Below are positions 1 to 10,700 of a DNA stretch of 64,000 nucleotides, one piece after another. The stretch is taken from positions 1 to 64,000 of the forward strand of contig JAAILG010000462.1 of NCBI GenBank assembly GCA_012026655.1, written 5' to 3'. Each line of letters starts with the position of its first letter. Position 1 is the first letter of the stretch. Both the position numbers and the translations under genes were made by a program. Below the pieces are notes generated by a model. That model did no database searches. It saw only the letters and a program-made list of their open reading frames with translations, and was not told the DNA's origin. Source of the stretch: Hydrolagus affinis (taxonomy: Eukaryota).

Positions 1-130
1 GGAAGAAGAGAGAGGGGATGGGGGGAGGAGGGAGTGGGGGAAGAAGGCAGAGGAGGGAGGGGGAGAAGAGAGAGGGGAGGGGGGAGAGGGGGAAGAAGGG
101 AGAGTAACAACAAGTATGGCGGGGAGGGAC
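1..130 (+). repeat. GA-rich polypurine low-complexity tract
   Basis: Almost only G/A, with repeated ggggaagaag-like units. Confidence 0.9.
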
Positions 131-658
131 AGAGACTGGGTATACTAATATCGATAATAAATCTTGCACTTGTTATGGTGCCTGTCAGGTCAGCAGGACA
201 TCTCAAAGCACAGGATTTTCTGTGAGCTGAAGTGACTGTGTCTTCATAGGCGAACGTGACAACAATGGAGCACAGCAATGTCCCCCATAAACAGCCATGA
301 AACCAGTGACTGTTTAGATTTGGGTGATTGTTGGCCAGGAAAGTGGCACCTTTATGTTGCAGATTTTGATTTATTTAGTGTGACGTAAACTTAGAATATG
401 CCAGAGGCAACATTTAATATGGTTCTGTGATGCCAAGGACATGCCATTTGTTATTAAGTAATATGAAGTCAGATAACATGAAGGGATTTGAAGATCTTGG
501 AAGTTGATATACCAGAGTAGTGAACTTCTCCATTCTCTTGGTTACAGGGACAGGCTTCTATTTGAACTTTGAGACGTCGATAAGACGTGGAAAGCGCGAT
601 GTAGAATTATTATTATTATTTCTGATTGCGATTAAACCTCGCTTGTTTTGTTTTTCAG

Positions 659-778
659 ACCTTGTTTACTGTGGACGGAAGCTGAAGGATGAGCAAACCT
701 TGGATTTTTACGGAATTCAGGGTGGATCCACGATACATGTGTTAAAGAAATCCTGGCCCGAACCTGATGAAAGGACCG
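659..778 (+). CDS. UBL7: UBL7 exon (ubiquitin-like domain, C-terminal half)
   Basis: tttttcag|ac...accg|gtatgg; DLVYCGRKLKDEQTLDFYGIQGGSTIHVLKKSWPEPDERT. Confidence 0.95.
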
Positions 779-3700
779 GTATGGAAAACTAAATCGCGGG
801 ATAAACTGAAAATGCTTGTGCATGGGAATGAAAGGAGGGAAGAGGGTCTCATTTCTGCTGACAGTTGAATCCTTTGATGCTGATTTTTGGATTACTGCGA
901 ATCTGGTTCTTTGCCAGGCAGATCTACTTAATGCTTTACAGTTCTCATTTGCACTTTTCCCTCCTCAACACCCCTCCAACTCCCTTCCTCCTTGTTAAAA
1001 AATGGCTGTTGCAGTCAGCAACATTGCTAATGGTGGGTCTTTATTTTGTAGTACAGTATTGAGAGGGAGCTTCGTTTCTCGTTTAATTCAGGAGAATTTT
1101 ATGTATTTCTTGTGCTGTAATTGACTTATTGTGTTTTATATGGGTGTGATGGGCAAATGTGTGCTTTTATCTACCTTGAAAAGTTGATATACAGACTTCA
1201 ACAAAACCTATGGCTTATTTGTTCAAGCTGGAAGTTTCATGCATTGTTGATATTTTACCCCTTTCCAGAGCCAGTGGACCGGGCTGCTGCAGCTCGGGAA
1301 TTCCGTGTGCTCCAGGCAGCCCTGCACGCCAGCCCAGGATACCGAGATGCAGTAAGTGTTTAATGCTTTCAGAGCCTTGAACCATTCTGTTCAGATCAAC
1401 CCGCCTACTCCAATCTGTATTGATTTACCCACCTTGACAACATTTCTTCAACGTTCTATAAGTTTCTTCACCAGCTTTACAGTAACCCTGTAAACTCTGC
1501 CTTACTCTTTGTGTAATGCCATATATACTATTGTTTATCAAAACTTATCCTTCACATCTCGTGTCCTGATGCTTCAGCATATCTTCAAGTATTGCTGCAA
1601 AGCTGAAAATATATTGTAGAGAAATCAAGCTATTTCAAATAGTACATGCAGGGTGTTGCAATGAATTCTATTAAACCAGGTTGTCTACTTTTACTGATTT
1701 AATTGTAGGTTTTCAAAATGCTGGGGAACAAGGAATCACTTGACCAGATTATTGTAGCTACGCCAGGTCTTTCCAGTGATCCCATCGCTTTGGGTGAGTT
1801 GTTTGGAAGTTGTTATTATTGGCACTGATGACAAATACTCCAAAAATACATTGTAGGTGTCCTTGTATTTTGCAATTCCCAATGTATTGGGCACGATGGA
1901 TTTAAGTGGCTGTAATTTCACTGACCCTGATATATATGACAACGTAGGCCAAGTCTCAGTCAATTCCTGGGAGCGCTACTTTGTCAGAGATGGTATCCCT
2001 TACGTCACTTCTACTTCAACCAGTCAGGCATTCTTTGTTAATGTCGGCAAGCGATTCAACTGTGTGGTGCATCACCACCAAGTCAGATCCTGCCCTGATC
2101 AGGCAGCTCTCTACTCACTGGATATGATCAGGAAGAGGAAACCTGACTGACTTTGACTTTTGCTTTGCTAAACTTGGAAGCACATATTGTGGTTCACTTT
2201 TACCTTCCTTTCATTATAGCCCTGATTGAGATGAACGAACACAGCACAAGCAAAAATCCTTTGAAGTAATAATAATAATCCTTGCATTTGACGTAATGCT
2301 TTTCACGTCTTCTAGATGTCTCGATGTACTTCACAGAACATGCTGTAAAGTGAATTGACTGTATATTTGTGGGTGAAACGCGGCAGCGTGGATTTAAATG
2401 GATTGAAATGACCAATTTTATTATTGTTTTTTTGAGGGATTATTGGCGTGTGGAGTAACCTTGCCCAAGGTTTCGCGCTGACCTGCATGGATTTAAACAC
2501 AGGTCTCATGCTTGTAAGGCGAGTGCTCTAACCATTGAGCTAAAGGACTCCAGGCATGTCACATTTGGTGACATTTAAAGCTCGCCACTTCAGTGTCGAT
2601 GGAGAAATCAAATGTGATATTGTCCAGATTATTTTCTTAGAATATTTTTATTCTCTTTGAACCAGGCGTACTTCAAGACAAAGATTTATTTGTTCTCTTC
2701 ACTGACCCAAGCCTGTTGGATACGTAAGTGCTGACCTCATCTTGCTTCAGCCCAGTTTAGTTACATCAATGATCATGTCTAATTCTCTTGCTGCATGTTT
2801 TTGCTTGTTATGGGTGATAAAATCACATCAACAGTGTTGTTGGGTATATTGAAGTCCTGTTTTACATTGAACAGAGGAGGTCTGCAGGCAGTTGCTTTGC
2901 GTGTACATACATCCTGCACTCCCTTGCCTGATAGATTGAGATCACTTTCCTTGCTATTGAATTCAGGGCTTTTATACTAGTAGGTCCCTATGAGGAGACT
3001 GAGTGACCAGCATCAGGAGAGATGTGTCAGTGTAAGTGGGGTGGGAGGTTCTCCTGGAAATAAACTTGATGATAGTAATAACAATCCTTGTATTTGATAT
3101 AGTGCCTTATTATGTCTTCGAGGCATCTCAAAGTACTTCACAGGATACACTATAAAGTGTAGTGACTGTGTATTTTGTAGGTGAAACGTGGCAGCTAATT
3201 GTGCACAGCAGAGACCCACAAACACCGATGTTCCTCCATCTATGCATCAGGTCACTGATAATTGGTTGAACCATTATCTAATATATATATATATAATATA
3301 TACTGTAGTTATACTGGATTTGTGTCTCTCCACAGTTTGATTTCCTCACACCCTGCACTGGTCAACGCGATGGTGTTAGTCTTACACTCTGTGACTGGAA
3401 CTGCACCACCTCTGTCTACTGCCAGTAACTCTCGTAATCTACCATCCAGCTCCTACAATGATATACCGGGTAAGGGGCGAGTCTGGGCTGTCAGCAACAG
3501 CTACACAATCAGGGAAATAAAGCTATAAACATAGTTGTATGATTTATCAGCTTTCCATCCATTTTGCAGACCTCAACCATGTACTCTGTATTGTTATCAG
3601 TCTTGTTTAACAATACAGCAGGATTATTTTAACGTTCACAATTTGATCACATTTCAGGTGGATTTCTCTTTGAGGGTCTCTCTGATGATGAAGAGGAGTT

Positions 3701-6233
3701 TCAGCAGGTAACGTTGGCTTTAATGAGACTGTGCAGCTGTTATTTTGCTGTAGGCTGCTTTCAGTCTTTACCCAATACTTAGAGTTGCAAAGGAAATTAC
3801 CTTCTCAAATCAAGGTCTTACTCTTATCCTAAAATTGCGATATAGACTTATAAAATATTAAAATACAATGAACTGTCTGTATTTCTATTTGTGATATTGA
3901 GATATTTGTCCCATTGGTCTCTGTCTTTCCTGTTGCTTGATTTTGTGTATCACATCAGTTTGTAAAGTTCACAGCAGTGATTGATGTGAGTAGTGTTTCT
4001 TTCCTCCACTTCTCTCCTCCCTTCCTGTAATGTCATTGTCTGGAAGGCTGAGGAGATGTTTGTTTGTATATTACACCACAAGGATTCCTGTAGCTCAGTG
4101 GTTAGAGCACCCGCCTTACAAGTGAGAGACCTGGGTTCGATTCTAGGCAAGGCGAAACCTTGAGCAAGTTTCCTAACTGCTCATGCCTAATAATAATCCC
4201 TCAAGAAAAGAGGGAGAAAAGAAAACAGTAATAAATTGGTCATTTCAATCCACAATTGTCAATTCACTTTACAGTATATTCTGTGAAGTGCTTTTGAGAC
4301 ATCTGGAAGACACGAAAAGCACTATATCAAATGGAAGGATTATTATTTATTCAGGGAAATAAAACTGCAGACTTCCTCATCCATTTGCTTTTGTAATGTC
4401 ACAGTATCTTATCTCTGGGTGAGAATTACTGCTTCCAAGTGCACTCTGAAAGGAGTGATCCTTCTCTTGTTATTTTATGTGGAGAGTACGTGCAGTCAGA
4501 GCACTCTCACAAAATACACCCAACACTTGGCTTTTAATAAAATATTCTTTATTTATTCAAACCCATTTAATTCAATATATAATCCTGCATTGGTAGCAAT
4601 CAACACAAAAATAAGTATAATTCTTATATAATAATTTGATCAGTATATTATAAACTTTTAACAAGGCATAATATCCCATCAGTCACAAGATGTCAAACCA
4701 CTAAGCCTCAACCTTTGGACCACCAGAGCCAAACAAAAAGTAACTGTACCCCAAATTCACATCTCTAAATTCATGAGGTTCAGAGGTTTTATAATTAGTG
4801 ATATTGAAGTTAAATGTTAGTTAAAACTCCCAAACTCGACAATTGTCCTATAACTGTCCTATATCCATTTTATACCTCAAATGTGCCCATTTTTTACCCA
4901 ATCAGTTCTCCGTACTTTGACCAACTCAACTCCGAATTGACTAAGAATGACCACCTTCAATTAATCCTTCCTACTTTGATAGTTCGAAAACCATAAACCC
5001 ATTAACTCAACTATGGTTCAGGCTAAAACACTATAACAGGACCATGAAACCCATTAATAATCCTTGCATTTTCATTGATATATATTAACTCATCAAATCT
5101 AACAAAAAACTCATAAACAAAGCACTTAACCAACCTTAAGAGAGATAAACAAATTGATATCTCAATCTGACAAATTCAACAGACTTATCTGGCTCTGAAC
5201 ACCTGTAACTGTTCTACATGAACCCAGATATTCACCTTATTTCGATTAACTCTTAACTACCTCATAGTACTTTGGGGGATAAACTTTGGCTGCTTTTATT
5301 CTATATAAGTTTGCTCCCTCTGAAGGCGCCGTTTGTTATTGTCACTATTGTGTACCTGAAACAACCTTTTGGTTGGCTTTACAGAACACAAGGTACGGCC
5401 CTTCCTCCGGCAACCCATCTGGCTCCCGTCCTGCCACCTTGGGCTACAGCGGCTCTGTTGGGCCTCGACCCATTACGCAAAGCGAGCTGGCTACCGCCCT
5501 GGCACTGGCCAGTACTCCTGAGAGCAGTGCTGCTACACCAACCCCTGGAACACAGGTACTGACACAGCTACTCAATGCCAATCGTGAGCTGCCCTACTTC
5601 TAAGTTATTAACTGCTGTGTCGTAAATTGTCTTGCCTGGCTCACTTTACAGGGTACGTCGTCCAGCTTGTCACCTGTACTGGGCTCCGGAATGCCCTCAG
5701 CCACTCCAATCAGTCATGACATCTTCAGCCAGGCTCTCCAACAGGCTCTCCAAGCATCCAGTATCTCAGCACTTCAGGTCAGTGCCTCAGCAACCAGTGA
5801 CCACAAGGTTCTCAGGAGTTTATATCCTCTGTTATTACCACCCTGCATGTGTGTAAAGGCTTTGTTTGCAAACATTCCTTTTATATTCATTAATAATCTT
5901 TTTACCCAAAAGGTTTATTAATTTTTTTTAAATTTCCTAATTGACTCAATGTTTACAGTAATGTTTTCTACATCTTTGTGCGGAAAACTTTCCTTCTAAT
6001 CTAGTACTAATCTTGGGAGTTTATGAAGCCTTTTTTGGGGGAGGTGATAGCGTATGCCTGCGGAGGAGACATTGTCTATGGCTCATCTCTTTCAGAATCA
6101 GTGGCAGCCGCAGCTTCAGCAACTGAGGGATATGGGCATCCAGGATGACGAGCTGAGCCTGAGGGCATTGCAGGCGACCGGAGGCGATATCCAGGCTGCG
6201 CTGGAGCTCATATTTGCTGGTGGAGCACAGTAA
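659..6233 (+). CDS. UBL7: Ubiquitin-like protein 7 (UBL-UBA protein), 5'-partial; nine coding exons, first coding exon lies upstream of the window
   Basis: Exons 659-778, 1269-1351, 1709-1793, 2666-2723, 3336-3469, 3658-3707, 5385-5555, 5652-5777, 6096-6233 have AG/GT ends and matching phases. Translation DLVYCGRKLKDEQTLDFYGIQ...QWQPQLQQLRDMGIQDDELSLRALQATGGDIQAALELIFAGGAQ* matches vertebrate UBL7 as recalled. Confidence 0.96.
1269..1351 (+). CDS. UBL7: UBL7 exon
   Basis: ttccag|ag...gca|gtaagt; EPVDRAAAAREFRVLQAALHASPGYRDA. Confidence 0.95.
1709..1793 (+). CDS. UBL7: UBL7 exon
   Basis: ttgtag|gtt...tgg|gtgagt; VFKMLGNKESLDQIIVATPGLSSDPIAL. Confidence 0.95.
2267..2551 (-). mobile_element. 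tRNA-derived SINE (DeuSINE/SacSINE1-related family), near full length
   Basis: Reverse complement of head ggagtcc..tagctca..ggttagagcactcgcc and tail tgtgaag..atcaaatgcaaggattattatt. Confidence 0.88.
2666..2723 (+). CDS. UBL7: UBL7 exon
   Basis: accag|gc...tac|gtaagt; GVLQDKDLFVLFTDPSLLDT. Confidence 0.94.
3074..3224 (-). mobile_element. SINE 3' half, same family
   Basis: Tail and tgtttgtggg..ctgctgtgcacaatt core. Confidence 0.8.
3336..3469 (+). CDS. UBL7: UBL7 exon
   Basis: cacag|t...ccgg|gtaagg; LISSHPALVNAMVLVLHSVTGTAPP...SSSYNDIP. Confidence 0.94.
3658..3707 (+). CDS. UBL7: UBL7 exon
   Basis: tttcag|gt...cag|gtaacg; GGFLFEGLSDDEEEFQQ. Confidence 0.93.
4082..4350 (+). mobile_element. 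tRNA-derived SINE with internal deletion
   Basis: Pol III A box TAGCTCAGTGG, B box GGTTCGATTC, family tail. Confidence 0.88.
5385..5555 (+). CDS. UBL7: UBL7 exon
   Basis: ttacag|aac...cag|gtactg; NTRYGPSSG...GPRPITQSELATALALASTPESSAATPTPGTQ. Confidence 0.94.
5652..5777 (+). CDS. UBL7: UBL7 exon
   Basis: ttacag|ggt...cag|gtcagt; GTSSSLSPVLGSGMPSATPISHDIFSQALQQALQASSISALQ. Confidence 0.93.
6096..6233 (+). CDS. UBL7: UBL7 terminal coding exon (UBA domain)
   Basis: tttcag|aat; NQWQPQLQQLRDMGIQDDELSLRALQATGGDIQAALELIFAGGAQ, TAA at 6231-6233. Confidence 0.95.
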   Translation, partial: NQWQPQLQQLRDMGIQDDELSLRALQATGGDIQAALELIFAGGAQ

Positions 6234-6944
6234 TCCTATCACACAAGGAAAAGCCTTCTTCAGCAAATGCTCACCCCACGGTTTCACATGATGCACAGTA
6301 GAGTGGTTTGATGTGGTGCTTTGTGCGAGCAATGTAATATGCTGTGTGCTTACCATAAGTATGATTCTTAAAAACAATTCAGCATTATAGGTAAATACCG
6401 TTTAATGGGCTTAGCAACAGGTAACAGACTTCCACCGACTTGGGTCCAGTGTATGAGCTGTTATAAACTGAGAAGATAGAGTTAACAGCCAACATCGTTA
6501 TATACAGCTCTGCAGAGGATCCTTGTAAATAGGGATATTTTAATATATTAAAACAAAACCGGTTCCTGAAATTCATCTGTGGATCAAGCACTTGACATTA
6601 GTATTTTGTGTTCTCCATTAAAATCTGCATGTGCCCAAGCAAATATTTAAACTACATGCCATTGATAGGAGGCAACAGTTTTTACTTAATATACAGTGTT
6701 ATGTTTATTAGAGACTTTAGGTGTTTCTGAAAATGTCAGTAAAAATTTAGCATAATTTACTATTAGTAAACTATTGAGTCGCTTGCCTGAGTAGCCAATG
6801 CTGTCATTAGAAAAAAAGGACGTCTTGAGCAGCCATCCACTGGCCGAGGTCAAGGAACCATGTGTCTGTTATTTCTATGAGGGTTAACAGCTGAAATCTT
6901 AAAATATTTGCCCGATTCTTTCAAGAACAATAGAAGTATTGTAC

Positions 6945-6950
6945 AATAAA
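6945..6950 (+). terminator. Probable UBL7 polyadenylation signal AATAAA
   Basis: First AATAAA I found downstream of the UBL7 stop; followed by T/GT-rich sequence. Confidence 0.55.
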
Positions 6951-7083
6951 GTTTTAAAAACTGGAATGTTGAACTCTATTTTGAGTTATGCAAACACTTT
7001 AAGAACAAATGACTTGTTCCCACTTTCTGAATATTGTACTTTGTGTGTAAATACAACATTTTTTGACATTCAAATTAGATATT

Positions 7084-7093
7084 TTTATTTATT
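7084..7093 (-). terminator. Probable CHRNA3 polyadenylation signals (overlapping AATAAA on minus strand)
   Basis: tttatttatt on plus strand, about 550 nt past the CHRNA3 stop. Confidence 0.5.
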
Positions 7094-7645
7094 AATTAAA
7101 ACGAACTCCACAACTCACAAAATCAGTAAACTCACAAAATCAGTAAATCAGACATAAAAGATTCTGAAGTCTTCCCTTTCAGCAAACGATTGCATTGCAG
7201 TACTAGAAAGATAAGGTAGACCCATGTATAATCCCAGGTCTTGCTATAAATATCTCAATCTAGTTCCCAGAGCGCAACAATGCATTATAATTCCCCCTGT
7301 CAGATCTACAGCATTTACAGCTGAACTAACCACTGTTTTGTTTTCCGTTGTAGCCCCGTCTCTCATCACCTTCCAACCGCAAGACATTACCTTCCTCATT
7401 CTCTCCCTTTTTGGATTGGCAGATAATTGCAATATATTGTTTACAACATATGTATGCATTCAACACGACCCAGCCACTGCAGAATGCTCCCAAGACATTA
7501 TCCTAAGTAAAGGGCACTATATAAATATATATAGAAGCACAATTTGTCACAGGTCTCTTAACCATTGAAACTACCTTTCCCCACCTACGTTAATTACTCC
7601 TGGTTATGTGTGTGCGCGCGTGGGGGGGAGGAACATGTGTTTATA

Positions 7646-7798
7646 TCAGTCTCCGCTGGTCCCAGGGATCACATTTTCAGCTCTTGTCATCAGTGGCTGC
7701 AGGAACAAACCTGCGGTGCCCAAAATACACACCAATATGAAGAGCCAGAGGAAAATCCTATCGATTACCATGGCAACGTACTTCCAATCATTCTCAAC
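7646..7798 (-). CDS. CHRNA3: CHRNA3 exon 6 (M4, stop)
   Basis: ttcag|[50 protein letters not shown]. Confidence 0.93.
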   Translation of the reverse strand, partial: VENDWKYVAMVIDRIFLWLFILVCILGTAGLFLQPLMTRAENVIPGTSGD

Positions 7799-10700
7799 CT
7801 GAAACAAGCAGCATGATAGAAAGATTAGAGCAAGATCATTTTTAGTTTCAAGTCATTTTTAAAGTACCGTTTATACCAAATTATTTTACTGCTCTTTATT
7901 TACTCCTTTTACCAGACTGTGGAGTCCAGTAGCTCAGTGATTAGAGCACTCGCCTTGCAAGTGAGACACCTGGGTTTGATTCCTAGTAGGGTGAAACCTT
8001 GGGCAAAGTTTCCTTACTTCACACGCCTGATAATGATACCTCACCAAAAAGAAACAATAAAAATTGGTCACTTCAATCCACTGCTGTGCACAATTGGTTG
8101 CCACATTTTGCCCACAAATATATACAGTCAATTCACTTTACAGTATATTCTGTGAAGCGCTTTGGGACGTCGATAAGATGTGGAAAGCGCTATATCAAAT
8201 GCAAGGATTATTATTATAGTCAATTCACTTTATATTCTGTGAAGCCCTTTGAGACAACTAGAAGATGTGAAAAGCACTACATCAAATGCAAGGAGTATTA
8301 TTATACCCTGGAGGATTTAAAACGGCAACCCGCCACCAGACTTCTGTCTTGACATCTGCCCACCCCTTGCATTTGTTACAGCACCCCCATAACATCAAAT
8401 GTTTCAAGGTGCCTGATGTAGAATTGCATTACAGAACAGTTACTACACATTTATTGATACAGGCAGTGGTCAAATCGCAAATGGTAAATATCCCAAGAAC
8501 AGCCATGAAGTGAAGCATCAAAGTGACTTGGAGGATGCGTAGCTCAATCAGCAGTGAAAACTCCATTCTCAAATTGCGTCAAGGGATCTTAATGTCAAAC
8601 TGAACTGGAGGGTAGGATCTCGGTTAAGAATCTGACCCAAAGAGTTTGCCTCCAACAAGGGATGAGCTCAAATGTCCCAATGTCAGGCTTCACACCCACA
8701 ATCTTCTGACCATGGGGAATGAGTGCTACCAACTGAGTCACCAACGGCACCAACTCCATCTCACGATGCTAGTCAGGAACCTGGATGTCTTGTTTGACCC
8801 TGAACTCTTGCCCACATTCGTGCCATGACCAGCACTGCGTTCCACCACCTCGATAATATTGCCTGACTCTGCCACTACATCACTCCCTCAGGCTGCCGAA
8901 ACTCTCACCCTTGAATTTGTCACATCGAGGCTTGACTACAGAAACTCCCTCCTCGTCAACCTTCCCAGCTCTTCCCTTCACAAGCTGCAGATCATCCACA
9001 ACTCTGCAGCTCGTGTCCTCTCCCGCACCAGGCTCCACATCATTCCCACCCTTGCCCGGCTCTGTGAAACACTTTTGAGATGTTTCAACGATGTGATAAG
9101 CCGCTATATCAAATGCAAGGATTATTCTTATAATTTGCATTTTGCCTAAATATAGCCTAAATAGCCTAAATAACAAGGCAACAGTTTCCACCATCAAACC
9201 TAGATCTGAATGAAGCAAGTGATTCTGGCACCAGAGAGACAGATGGAGTTGGAATAGTAAGCTGACCAGTTGGTTTGCAGCCAAATTAAATTCCTCTTAA
9301 TACCTCACCCAATGGGGCTACTTTTTGGGAGGATATGCTAGAGCAAGATGTTGCTTCAAAATGTAAATTGCTTCAAAGAATTATACAACATTGCCTAAAC
9401 TTTTGAATACTAGAAAACCAATCATCCAAAATACAGTTTATGTTGCAAGTAAAGCAGATATGTCAGAAAATGTTAGAAGAAATTATCTATTTGACAAAGA
9501 ATTTATTTGAGACGTATCAGCAATAGAATAGAGTAGAATGAATCATTGAATGTCAAATTTGTGGAGTCCTGTAGTTCAGTGGTTAGAGCACTCGTCTTAC
9601 AAGCGAGAGACCTGGGTTCAATTCCAGACAGGTCAGGGTGAAACCTTAGCAAGTTTCCTTACTGCAAATGCCTGATAATAATACAGAAGCCTAAAAAAAA
9701 ATGGTCATTTGCAATCCTCGACCGTTTGTGGTGCACTGCTGTGCGCAATTGGCTGCCGCATCTCACCCACAAATATACAGTCAATTCAGTTTAATGTGCA
9801 TTCTGTGAAGCGCTTTGAGACGTCTAGAAGACGTGAAAGGCGCTGTATCAAATGCAAGGATTACAGTATTATTATTATCTTGAATAATAATAGTAATAAT
9901 AGTATCATCTGAAAGTTCACAATATTTATCCACCCACTAGAGGTCGCTTTAGCAAAGCATTTGAATTACTGGAACCAGAAAGCAACTACATTCCTAAGTA
10001 GGCAATGTAACACTGGGTGGGAAGTGACTAGCCTACAGGTGTACAACAACAACTTCGATTTATATAGGTATATCAGATACGGATCGTGGATATACTCGAT
10101 AGACAAATGTAGAAATGTGAAAACATGCAATACAAAGAATGGGATGCGACAGTAAAATAGAAGAAAGGTATATGACCTGTCAAATCTGTTAGTTTAATTA
10201 AGCTTTTACTCTTCACTGCCTGCATTAGCAGGAACAACACCGTTTTTTTTATTTAAGTTGAGTGTAAACTCGGCATGTCACTGAAGAACTCAGGGGGAGG
10301 AAGTTATAAGGAACCTTTTCACCCAGAGGGTTGTTGAAAGATTATTATTAGAATCTGGAACACTTTGCCACAAGGAAGTTTGACGAAAGGCAAGAAAAAA
10401 AATAGCAATTAATAAATATTTGAAGAGGATGAATATAAAAGGGTGGGAGGGAATTGGGATGAGAGTAAATAATTCCAGTGAGGTAGCAAACATCAGAATA
10501 CGTTTGATGGGCAGGATGTATACAAATCGAATCGCCTCTTTAATTATGGAAGCACTTGCCGTTGCACAATTCAAATAGATTACTGGGTTGAATTATTTGG
10601 AATCTGGTCTTTGAACGGTAAAAATCCATGAGGTCAATAACACGTTACTTTTTCTATTAGTCTAATGCATTACCTTGAACCGAGTTAACAGTGTACCAGC

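Noticed and set aside
34-225. RGG-rich ORF
   Set aside because: Translation of a GA-rich simple repeat in an intron
4082-4150. tRNA-like sequences with A and B boxes (also 7921, 9563, 37050-37121, 53361 and others)
   Set aside because: They are SINE heads: each continues into the same SINE body and tail, and the copies are mutually diverged
6021-6377. 118-aa minus-strand ORF
   Set aside because: Antisense to the last UBL7 exon
7112-7145. 17-bp tandem duplication; similar short duplications at 18679-18715, 24822-24850 and 63101-63124
   Set aside because: Ordinary two-copy slippage duplications with no array or spacer structure; not CRISPR-like
7999-8352. Recurrent short ORFs such as [28 protein letters not shown]
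   Set aside because: Chance translation of the SINE tail; not a protein family
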